DNA of 64,000 nt, taken from the IMG/VR virus record IMGVR_UViG_3300037852_000247, positions 1 to 64,000 of that record; one strand, 5' to 3'. The DNA is from a virus. Its lineage: Duplodnaviria; Heunggongvirae; Uroviricota; Caudoviricetes. The notes beneath the pieces were generated by a model that saw only the letters and a list, made by a program, of their open reading frames with translations, made no database searches and was not told where the DNA came from. The position numbers were made by a program, and so were the translations under genes. Positions 44,862 to 55,100 of this stretch are shown here, piece after piece. Position 1 is the first letter of the stretch; each line of letters starts with the position of its first letter.

Positions 44862-45191
44862 TCACGTCTCGTTCTCGCGCGCTTCCTGACGCCATTCCGT
44901 GACACGACAATCGCCATCTGGGGTCACTGGCAGGTCTGGGTCTTCCCAAATCGCCTCTCTTATCGAGAGCGTGTGAATTTGCACCTTTTGCCCATCATTC
45001 CTGATCTCTGCGCCGCAGATATCGTAGCATCGTCCGGTGCGCGCCGGATCTCGCTTTAACACCTCAAGGCGGCCGTCGTAATAGGCTGGCTCCCGAGACA
45101 CAAAATGTATGTCGATGTTGCCAACGCAAGCCTCAATTTCACCCGTTGGGTCGGCTTCCTGAAGTCGACGGATCAATTCCTTGACCTTCAT
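44862..45191 (-). CDS. Hypothetical protein (moron cluster 44.7-45.4 kb)
   Basis: 109 aa. Its neighbours 44677..44949 and 45194..45409 are also minus-strand and lower-GC. Confidence 0.35.
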   Translation of the reverse strand: MKVKELIRRLQEADPTGEIEACVGNIDIHFVSREPAYYDGRLEVLKRDPARTGRCYDICGAEIRNDGQKVQIHTLSIREAIWEDPDLPVTPDGDCRVTEWRQEARENET

Positions 45192-45444
45192 TTCTAAAGT
45201 TCCCGATGGATAACGGCACCCTGCTCTAGCCCCTCAGGATCCAGACTGTCGGCCGTCCGATCCCACGCGCCAGCATCAAAGCCAGCGACGCTGGTATGGT
45301 ACGTCCGACAATAATTTGCGTTGGTCCGGCATGCCCAGACTATGAAATCAGGTGCTGCCCCGCGGTAGAGTTGGCGAAGCACACGCTCTGGAACGATCCT
45401 TTGACTCATTTCACTCTAATCTCTCCGTTGGCAAGGCGGCAAGT

Positions 45445-45882
45445 ATGACACTATTAGTGAAGGATGCCAATTCTACGGCTCAGCCGATCTCGACGCAATC
45501 GGACGCTGCCGGCAACCTCGCGCCGGGGCACGTGCCGATGAGCGTGATTGCCGGGGTTGCGACGCCGATCAGCGCGGCCAATCCATTGCCGGTCCAAGTC
45601 GCCGAAGGCGCCGTGTCCGTTGACGGCAGCACCACGATCACGCTGTCGACCTCAGCGCAGACGCTCTTTGCCGGCGTCATTCCGACCATCGGATATCAGA
45701 TCGGCAATAATACAGCGGCAACGATTTGGGTCCGCGACACAGGCAGCCCCGCGGGCGACCATGCCGGCATGCCGGTAGCGGTCGGCGGGACTTATACGAC
45801 TCCGATCAACTATCGACCCGCCGGACCCGTGAGCATTTATGGCGGAGTTACAAGCTCAAATGTGGAGGCTCGAAGGTGGTGA
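45445..45882 (+). CDS. Hypothetical structural protein
   Basis: MTLLVKDANSTAQP... start at 45445. Confidence 0.4.
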   Translation: MTLLVKDANSTAQPISTQSDAAGNLAPGHVPMSVIAGVATPISAANPLPVQVAEGAVSVDGSTTITLSTSAQTLFAGVIPTIGYQIGNNTAATIWVRDTGSPAGDHAGMPVAVGGTYTTPINYRPAGPVSIYGGVTSSNVEARRW

Positions 45883-46018
45883 TCACGACCTTTGATCCAA
45901 AGTGCTATGAATTAGCAAAATTATATCTTCCCCAGGACGCCACGGAAGACCAAAAGAAAGAGCTGGCTCAAGCAATCCAGGACACAATCAACGAATTTAT
46001 TAGTGGGTTAGAAGGCTG

Positions 46019-46489
46019 ATGCGCGGGCTACAATACACCGGCAACGGTAAACTCGCCTATCATCCTCCACTCGACGAGGCGGAGGACACGGAGAGATTCT
46101 GCCCGCACTGCTATGGCTCGCTCGACAAGACGCGTGCGCCGACGATCTTGCCGCCGCCATGGTTCGACCATCAGAGGCGCGAAGTCATTATCGGCGACGA
46201 GCGGCGCAAGCTCGACCCTACGATGTTCCGGCTGTTGGTCATCTTCTGGGAGCGGCCCGACCGGCTGTTGTCGCACAGCATCCTAATGATTCTGCTCTAC
46301 CCGAACCCCGACACAGCCCCGCTCACTAAGTCCTTGGAAATCAATTTGTGTCGGCTGCGCAAGGCGCTGCTCGGCACGCCTTACTCCATCCTAAATCGCC
46401 ACGGCGAAGGGTACATTTTCACTGCCAAACCGCCGAACGCGCGCGAGATCGCCCGTAGAGCGAAGCGCGAGTTATCAGGGCATATTTAG
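46019..46489 (+). CDS. OmpR/PhoB-type winged-helix DNA-binding protein (ToxR/CadC-like, no receiver)
   Basis: LDPTMFRLLVIFWERPDRLLSHSILMILLYPN...SLEINLCRLRKAL...GEGYIF matches the trans_reg_C winged-helix pattern. N-terminal C-x-x-C-x15-C. Confidence 0.5.
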   Translation: MRGLQYTGNGKLAYHPPLDEAEDTERFCPHCYGSLDKTRAPTILPPPWFDHQRREVIIGDERRKLDPTMFRLLVIFWERPDRLLSHSILMILLYPNPDTAPLTKSLEINLCRLRKALLGTPYSILNRHGEGYIFTAKPPNAREIARRAKRELSGHI

Positions 46490-46649
46490 CTGGATTTCTG
46501 AGCGCGGTTTCGCTATCCTAGGAACGGTCGTGGTTCCAGAAAGGTTGCGCTCAGCCCTTTCAAATGGGATCAACCAAATCGACGGCTCGGCAGTGTCGGA
46601 AGCACGCCGGGCCGTCTTTGATTCAATTGCCCCTAAGCGAAGCGCGCGG

Positions 46650-46892
46650 TCATTTCAGATCTTGCGTGACATCCCTAAATGAAAATATATTCGGTCTATT
46701 GTACTCCTCATAGTTGCGCTTCTTCTCCTCCACAATAGCACAGAGTAGGGTGGTTGGATTCACTAGGCTCGTGTCCCACACGCAGACTCCGCCTCCGACC
46801 TCGTCTGACCAATAGCGGAAGCCCCCAACTCCGTTTGTTTCACGATAGAGGCTAGAGCCGTTTGGTAGGCGGCAAACTACGGTGGTGATCAT
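46650..46892 (-). CDS. Paralog array member 3 (conserved C-terminus ...RDVTQDLK)
   Basis: Shares a ~25-nt 3' end and a downstream junction with the two genes upstream. Confidence 0.4.
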   Translation of the reverse strand: MITTVVCRLPNGSSLYRETNGVGGFRYWSDEVGGGVCVWDTSLVNPTTLLCAIVEEKKRNYEEYNRPNIFSFRDVTQDLK

Positions 46893-46911
46893 TTCACTCT
46901 AATCTCCGCGG

Positions 46912-47361
46912 TCATTTCAGACCTCGCGCGACTTCCTCAATGAAGGCGCTATCGGCGTCGTTGTCCTGCGCCGGTGACGGAGGCAGTAGCCCTCGCCATC
47001 GTTCGCGCCATGCGGCCGTAATTTTCCCACAAGCATTGAATTCGGCCTCTGTGGCGGCGGGTTTTTCGGGGGCTCGTTCCGCACATAGCGCGTAGGCTCT
47101 CGCGAGCTTCTGGTCTGGCGTGAGCTCGACCGTGCCCGCGACGGTGGTAGAGAGCTGGATGCCCGGCGCTAGGATGACGGGGTCCCTTGCGGCAAATCCT
47201 TGCGCCCACGCTCCCGTAGAGGCGAACGCCAAGCCAACGCACGGCGAACAGACCGATGCCCTCCTCCAATCCGCGATAGAGGCGAGCGCGTCCAGCCCAA
47301 GAGCGACGATCAACATCCCAAGAGTGACGATCAACATCGGCCATAGAACAAATTTGGTCAT
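46912..47361 (-). CDS. Membrane-anchored paralog array member 2
   Basis: N-terminal TM helix. Core LTPDQKLARAYALC. Ends FIEEVARGLK. Confidence 0.45.
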   Translation of the reverse strand: MTKFVLWPMLIVTLGMLIVALGLDALASIADWRRASVCSPCVGLAFASTGAWAQGFAARDPVILAPGIQLSTTVAGTVELTPDQKLARAYALCAERAPEKPAATEAEFNACGKITAAWRERWRGLLPPSPAQDNDADSAFIEEVARGLK

Positions 47362-47377
47362 ATCCGTAGTCAGGTCA

Positions 47378-47830
47378 TCATTTCAGATCTCGCGCGACTT
47401 CGAAGATGAAGTCGCGATCGGCAGATATATCGTCTTGCGTTGGCGTCACCACTTCCCACGCGCGATCTATCGCTTGGCATGGCATCGTCAAATGCGGATC
47501 AACCCTTTCGCGGGGCAGCAACACGGGAGTCGCTTCCGAGAGTGGGCTCATGGGGTACGGGCGATGACACAGCGCGTAGGCTCTGGCGAGCTTCTGGTCG
47601 GGCGAGAGGTCGACCCGAAGCGGAATTGAGCCCTCATTCACAATGGCGACGCCAGTCCCGGGCTCCAAGCCCTTCGTAGCATTCCATACCGGCGGTTCTT
47701 GCGCCGCTGCGCCCGGACCAGCACCTTGGACGAAACCGCCGAAGTGATGGCGATGATACGCATCGTCTTGCGTCCACGCGTAAAGGATCACGACGAGCGC
47801 TATGCTAAACCCGAAGATGACGCATCTCAT
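47378..47830 (-). CDS. Membrane-anchored paralog array member 1
   Basis: N-terminal TM helix. Core LSPDQKLARAYALC. Ends FIFEVARDLK. Confidence 0.45.
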   Translation of the reverse strand: MRCVIFGFSIALVVILYAWTQDDAYHRHHFGGFVQGAGPGAAAQEPPVWNATKGLEPGTGVAIVNEGSIPLRVDLSPDQKLARAYALCHRPYPMSPLSEATPVLLPRERVDPHLTMPCQAIDRAWEVVTPTQDDISADRDFIFEVARDLK

Positions 47831-47832
47831 TC

Positions 47833-48492
47833 TTACCGGTTCGCCGCTAGCGTCCCAGACCCCGGAACCGATGCGGGCGCGACGACATCGACCTTATCCT
47901 CAGCCGTGACGGCCTTCTGGCCCTCAGTCGGCTCGTTGCCCATCAGCAAAGCAACGAACCTCGGCGTCCCGCCCTTGCCGTCGTCCTCGACGATCAAGTC
48001 CTGCTGGCGGCGGCCCGAGTGGCAATCGTACCCAATGACGTGGCTCGCCGAGCGCGTCTCGACCTCTTGTCCAGACGCATCGTAATAGCGGTCCACCACC
48101 TGATGATAGAGCGCATTCGGGGGGACATTCTGCGGCATCGTATAGGTAAAGCTGCTGCTGCCAACAACAATTGTCATCGTCTGTAGGGCAGGCTGGACCA
48201 CCCCAGAACTCCCGATGACCGCGCTTTGCGCCCAATTCGCAGGATATGCGTGCACGTCGACGGCAACCTGCGCCGACGCTTCCGCAGTTGCGCGGCGCCA
48301 GCGCTCCGCATCCTTGAGCGAGTTAGCGTAATAGCGGTCTACCTCCTGATCATAGGCTCCGCCAGCGGCGGATCTGCTCGCCGCCTGTGTTCCTGCGATT
48401 GAACCTGGCCACACTGACTGCGCCGCCGCTCCCAATCCTGCGCAGACCACAAACGCCGTCGCCGCACCTAGGTACCTAGGTAATTCCCGCAT
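47833..48492 (-). CDS. Secreted protein with internal repeat
   Basis: Signal peptide MRELPRYLGAATAFVVCAGLGAAAQS. Repeated QEVDRYYANSL / HQVVDRYYDASGQEV. Confidence 0.45.
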   Translation of the reverse strand: MRELPRYLGAATAFVVCAGLGAAAQSVWPGSIAGTQAASRSAAGGAYDQEVDRYYANSLKDAERWRRATAEASAQVAVDVHAYPANWAQSAVIGSSGVVQPALQTMTIVVGSSSFTYTMPQNVPPNALYHQVVDRYYDASGQEVETRSASHVIGYDCHSGRRQQDLIVEDDGKGGTPRFVALLMGNEPTEGQKAVTAEDKVDVVAPASVPGSGTLAANR

Positions 48493-48738
48493 GACTTTTC
48501 CCTTCCTCCTGAAGGTTAATCCCGTAGCACACCTTCCGCTTTGGCCAGGGCATGGCGAGACTTCTGGAGGAGCGCTGCGATGTCGGTCTCGACTCCACCA
48601 CTGGTTATCGTGGCGATCCAGTGAAACCTGTTGATCGTCCTCAGAACGTCCATGGACGTCTGCAGTGCAGACGTTAGCTCCAGTTCCCGCTCTGTCATCA
48701 CTGCCATCATTACTCGCTCCTGCGCAACTGATTTATGA

Positions 48739-49038
48739 TCACTTCGTAGGCGACATCGACATCACCCACTCGCGGCAACCCGCGATCTTCTCGCCCGTGC
48801 AGTCTTTCCACCACTGCAGCTGATCGGTAAGAGCGGCGATTTCGGCTTGTCGGCTCTGGTCGTTAAGTACGACCGATTCTTCGTAATGGCGGAGTGCCGT
48901 CTCGGCCAATTCGCGATCACCGTTCACCCTAGCGACAGCTTGCTGCTGCGCGGTGAGCGACTGAAGCTGTTGCGCAGTCTGGGCTAAGGCTACAGCTGGC
49001 AGAAACGAAAACACACCAACAACAAGATATTTCACCAA
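48739..49038 (-). CDS. Secreted coiled-coil protein (GTG start; spanin-like candidate)
   Basis: AGGTG RBS and GTG start. Signal peptide KYLVVGVFSFLPAVALAQ, then a coiled coil, then C-terminal CTGEKIAGC. Confidence 0.35.
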   Translation of the reverse strand: MVKYLVVGVFSFLPAVALAQTAQQLQSLTAQQQAVARVNGDRELAETALRHYEESVVLNDQSRQAEIAALTDQLQWWKDCTGEKIAGCREWVMSMSPTK

Positions 49039-49123
49039 GCACCTCCGAACGCTACCCGAGCCGATGAATTCGTAGCGATACGAAATACAAAAATCCAGGA
49101 TCATAGTCAAGGGAGCCGCCCGC

Positions 49124-52100
49124 ATGGTCAAATCAGGCTTTGCGGCCCTTTGCCTCGTCCTCCTCTTCCTCATTGCGGGGATAGACGGGAAAGCGCTCGC
49201 CCAAGGCGGGTTCACGCCCGGCCCGGGATTGACTTTGACATCGCCGATCCTGACAACGCCGACCATAAACGCCGGCGTCATGAATGGGACGTTCACCGGC
49301 GCGCCTTATTTTTCAGGCGGTCCGACGATCATCGGCGGGACTCTCATCAGCCCCACGATATCCGGCGCGACCATCAGCGGCACATTCTCCATCGCCACGT
49401 TAGGCGTTGCCGGCAACGCCTCGTTCGGCGCAGGAATAAAGTCAACCGCGCTCGCCAACGCTCCGATGCTGGGGACCGACGTGTCGGGAAATTTCCGGGC
49501 AATAACGCTCGGAACGGGCCTTTCGTTCGGCGGCGACGGCGTCACGCTCAATGTTTCATCCCCGCCCCCTTCGGTTGTCTGGCCTGCGCCGAACAGCCTC
49601 ATCATCTCGAACGGCACGAACTCACCCTCTGGGCTGACGCCCGTCAATAATTCTCTGCTCTACGCGAGCGGCAATGGCTGGCAGGGTCTCGCAGCCGCAG
49701 CGAGCTCCGTGCCCTGTTGGAATGCCTCCAGCATGCTGACGGCATGCTCACCGACCACGATGCAGACGACCCTGGGATACCTGACGGGCAACCAAACGAT
49801 CACCCTCGGCGGCGATTTCTCGGGCTCAGGCGCAACCTCGATTACAGGGACGGTCCTCAAGCTCAACGGCGTATTTGCCCCGGCAACGCCTGCGACGAAC
49901 ACGATTCCTTATGTCTCTTCGCCGAACCAATTCACCTACGGCAACGCCGCAACTATCCTGGGAGTCCTGGGCGTCCCGTTCTCGGTTCCCAATGGCGGCT
50001 CCGGCCTGGCGACTCTAACCGCGGGCGCGATCTACAAAGGCGCAGGTACGGCGAACATCGTCGCCTCTGGCCTATCGGATAGTGGTTCGGTAATTAGCAC
50101 ATCCGAGCCGTTCGATCTCACCAATCAGAGCCAAGTGATCGAGATCGCCAATGCGAGTTCGGTTGGCACCACGAACGGACTGCTGGCGAAGCTGACGGGT
50201 GCACCGTCTACGGCGCTCACGCTCCTGACGAGCGATACCGATGGAGCCCTCGGGGTTGTTCTCAGCGGGGGCGGGACGATCGGCAACGCACTGATCGTCA
50301 TCGGCGGTCAGGCGAATTGCTCGTTCGACGGGTCGACCACGGCTGATAATTGGGTCATACCAAGTTCCACCGCCGCCGGTAAATGTCACGATACCGGATC
50401 GGCCACCAGACCGGGCGGCTCGCAGGTGATCGGGCGCGTACTCACGACGAACGCGGGAGGCCCCGGCTCCTATGCGATGATCGTCAACCCCAGTTTTACG
50501 AATACGGCAGGCAGTCCTCCGACTTGGCCCGCGACCGGCAGCATTGTCGTTTCGAATACCACCAACACGCCAGCAGGCCTCGCGCCGGTCAACAACGATC
50601 TGGTCTATGGGACGGGCGGGGCGTGGGCGGCTCTCGCATCGGCAGCCAACTCGGTACTCTGCACGAACGGATCAAGTGTTCCGTCGCTATGCTCGGCGGC
50701 AACCACGCTGTCGCTCTTGGGCGCGCCGTGGTCGGTTTCCAACGGCGGATGGGGCCTCACCACTTTAATTTCCGGGGCGATCTATAGAGGCAACGGAACC
50801 AGCCCCCCTGCGGTCTCGGGCCTATCGGACAATGGCACTCTCGTCAGCACCAGCGAACCCTTCGACCTGACCACCAAGAGCGCCGCCTTTGAGGTCGCGA
50901 ATGCATCAAGCGGCGGCACGACCGTTGGGTTGATTGCAAAGATCTCCGCCGCCCCGTCCACAGCCCTGACGGTGCTCACCAGCGATACCGATGGCGCAGC
51001 TGGCATCGTCATCGGCGGCGGCGGTACTACTGGCAATGCGCAAATCGCTTTCCGTGGCCGGGCATTCTGCACGTTCGATGGCGCAACGACGGCCAGCCAT
51101 TACGTCACGATCAGCGGCAGCGTGGCCGGAAATTGCCATGACGGCGGAGCCGCTAGGCCGGCAGGCGCGCAATCGATCGGTCAGGTTCTAACGACTAACG
51201 CCTCGGGCGGTTCGTATGAGGTTGCCATCAGCCTCGGTTTCACGAATACGGCAGGCAGTCCTCCGACCTGGCCGGCGACCGGCGACATCGTTGTTTCGAA
51301 CAGCACCAACACCCCGGCAGGACTGGCGCCGGTGGCCAGCTCGGTGCCCTGCTGGAATGCCTCCAGCGTACTGTCGGCGTGTACATCGGCGGCGGCGCAG
51401 ACGATCCTGGGATACCTGACGGGCAACCAGACGATCACCCTAGGCGGCGATGCGGCAGGCTCCGGGACCACCTCGATCACGGTGTCGAATCTCAAGCTGA
51501 ATGGTGTTGCTTACCCAGCCTCGCCGGCGACCAATACGGTCCCGGTCATTACCACCTCAAACCAAGTCACGTATGAGACTGGCTCCGGGCTTGCGGCATT
51601 GACCGGCTTCGGCACGATGCTGACGCAGAACGCCAGCGCCGTCGCCATCACCGGCGGATCGATTATCGGGACGACGATCAACGGGCCCAGCAACACAATA
51701 ACCAACATCGGCAATGCGTCGTTGACGAATTCGAGCATGACCCTAGCCGGCCATAGCGTTTCCTTGGGCGGCACGCAGGCGTTTGCGATCGGCGATCTCT
51801 CGAACATCGGGGCAACAACGATTGTCGGCAATAACACCGGCATCGCCGGCGTCCCGCTTGCGCTGTCGACCGCGCAAGTGTCGGCGTTGCTCGGCCTCGG
51901 GACCATGGCCACGCAGAATGCCAGCGCCGTCGCTATCACCGGCGGGTCTATCATCGGCACAACGATCAATGGCCCGAGCAACACGATAACGAACATCGCC
52001 AACGCGTCGCTGACGAACTCCAGCATGACCCTAGCCGGGCATAGCGTCTCTTTGGGGGGCACGCAGGCGTTCGCGATTGGCGACCTGTCTACCATCGGGG

Positions 52101-55100
52101 CATCGACCATCGTCGGCAACAATACGGGCATAGCCGGTGTCCCGCTTGCGCTGTCGACCGCGCAAGTGTCGGCGTTGCTCGGCCTCGGCACCATGGCCAC
52201 GCAGAACGCCAGCGCCGTCGCTATCAGCGGCGGAACGGTCACGGGCACGACAATCAACGGCTCCAGCAACACGATAAGCAACATTGCAAATGCGTCGCTG
52301 ACGAACTCCAGCATGACCCTCGCTGGTCACAGCGTCTCTTTGGGGAGCACGCAGGCGTTTGCCATCGGCGACCTGTCTACCATCGGTGCGACGACCATCG
52401 TCGGAAACAATACCGGCGTCGCCGGCGTGCCATTGGCCCTGACAACCACGCAAATCAAGACGATGCTGGGCGAGGGCACCCTGGCCTCGCAAAACGCCAA
52501 TGCCCTGAATGTGACGGGCGTCACCGCGCTTACGGGTCTGCCGACATGCTCGGCAGCATCTGACGCGTGCCCGAAATCTTACATCGACGGCGCCGTTGTC
52601 GGTTCCGTTCTGCACCCCCAGGTGGCGGCTGCCACTCCTGCCGCGGTTCTACCGAACACGCCCGTCGCATCGGGGACCGGCCCTGGCAAAACCCTGACAT
52701 CAGCCACCAACACTGCCCTGGTTGTCGACGGATATACTGTCCTTCTCAACGACCGGGTGCTCGTTAAAGATCAAGCTGCCCCAGCCGATAACGGCATTTA
52801 CGCACAAACGACTCTTGGTGTTGGAGGCTCGGTCAAATGGGTGCTGACCCGCGCGACTGATTTTGACACAGCGGTGGCCGGCGAAGTTGCGCTCGGGGCT
52901 TATGTTTTCGTCGCCAATGGCACCGTGAACGTCGGCACGCAGTGGCAACTTGGCGCGCCGACGCCGGCCTCCATCACCGTCGACACGACCGCGTTGACCT
53001 TCAACAAATTAAATGCGTCATCGACACTGACCGCCGACGGGACGACCATCCAAAACATCGGCGGCACGATATCCGTGCTTCAGAATGGCGTGCTGAATGC
53101 GGTCACGGCAACCCCAAACTCGCTAATAGCGCGCGGCGCGTCGACCTGGGCAGGCGTCGCTCCCGTCAACAACGCGGTGCTCGTCACTAGTGGTGCTGGC
53201 GTTCCGAGCGAATCGACCGTCCTGCCGTCGGGCCTGACGATCCCGGGATATCTTACCGCCAATCAGACGATCACGCTGAGTGGAGCGACTACAGGCAGCG
53301 GTACGACCGCCATCACGACAGCTTTGGCCTCGGTCGCCGATGCGACATTGCTGGCGAACGTCTCCGGCGGTTCTGCGGCTCCGTCGGCAAATACTTTGAC
53401 TGCGATCATCGATCACGACATCGGCTCAACGGCAAATTCCCTGCTACAACGCGGCGCGTCGACCTGGGGATTAATGCCGGTTGTCAACAATGCCGTGGTC
53501 GTAACTAGTGGCACCGGCGTGGCGAGCGAATCCACGACGCTGCCTAGCGGTCTGACGATACCGGGATATCTAACCGGCAATCAGTCGATCACCGTAAGCG
53601 GTGCTGTTACCGGCAGCGGCACGACCGCCATTACGACCGCCCTAGCCTCGGTTGCCGACGCCACGCTGCTATCAAACATCTCCGGCGGTTCCGCGGCATC
53701 GTCGGCGAACACGCTGACCGCTGTCATCGACCACGACATCACAGCAACCGCAAATTCTCTATTGGCGCGCGGCGCCTCGACTTGGGCGGGCGTGGCGCCG
53801 GTCAACAATGCCGTACTCAGCACTAACGGGACGGGCGTCCCTAGCGAATCGACCACCTTGCCGTCAGGCCTGACCATCCCAGGGTATCTGACGGGCAATC
53901 AGACCATCACTATCAGCGGCGATTCCACAGGTTCCGGGGCAACCTCGATCACCCTCGCGAACACAAAAGTCAATGGGGTAGCCTATCCGGCCGCGCCTGC
54001 GACGAACACGATCCCTTACATCTCTTCGGCGAACCAGGTCACATACGGCAATGCAGCAACTATTCTGAGCCTGCTTGGAACCCCGTGGTCGGTTCCTAAT
54101 GGCGGAACGGGCCTTACGACCCTGACCTCCGGGGCAGTCTATAAGGGCAATGGCACCAGCGCCCCGACCGTCTCCGGCCTATCGGACAACGGTACTCTCG
54201 TCAGCACCAATGAGCCGCTCGATCTCACATCGAAAAGCGCTGCCATTGAGGTCCTGAATGCCGCGACCGGCGGCACGACGGCTGGCTTGATCGCGAAGTT
54301 GTCAGGCGCACCTTCGACGGCCCTCACGACACTCACGACCGATACCGATGGCGCGGTGGGTATCGTGATCGGCGGCGGCGGTACTACGGGCAATGCTCAG
54401 ATCGCTGTTGAGGGTCAAGCCCCATGCACGTTCGACGGCGGCACGACTGCCGGTCATTTTGTCTTGATCAGCGGCTCGGTCCCCGGGAATTGCCATGACG
54501 GCGGAGCTAGCCGGCCAGCCGGTGTGCAAACCATCGGACAAGTGCTGTCCACTAATGGTATAGGCGGGTCCTACCAAGTTCAGATCAATCTCGGGTTTAC
54601 GAACAGCGCGAATATCGGAGGAACGGTCAGCTCTGCGGGAACCTCCACGGTCAATAATATCCCGTTCTGGACGGGCCAAGCCACTCTGAGCAACACCGGC
54701 GTTCCCTTCGGCACCGTCGGGAACAATACCCTTGTTGAAACGGGCGGCGGCGGGACCATAGCAAATGCCCTGATCAGCGCACTGCCGCTCGCCAACTTGG
54801 CAACAATATCCGATGCGACGCTGCTCTCGAACGTTTCTGGCGCTTTGGCCGTGCCGTCGGCGAACACGCTGACCGCGATTATCGATCACGATATCAGCGC
54901 GACAGTGGGTGCGATCCCGGTGCGCGGAGCCTCGACCTGGGGCGGACTCAATCCAGTCGCCACCGTAGGATTTGTCTTAACAAACAATGGCGTAGGAGTC
55001 GCCCCGACATACCAAGCGCTACCCGCGCCGGTCATAAGTGGCATGACCATTGGCCAGGTGCCCGTAGCCGCAACCGCCACCACCATAACATCAAGCATCG

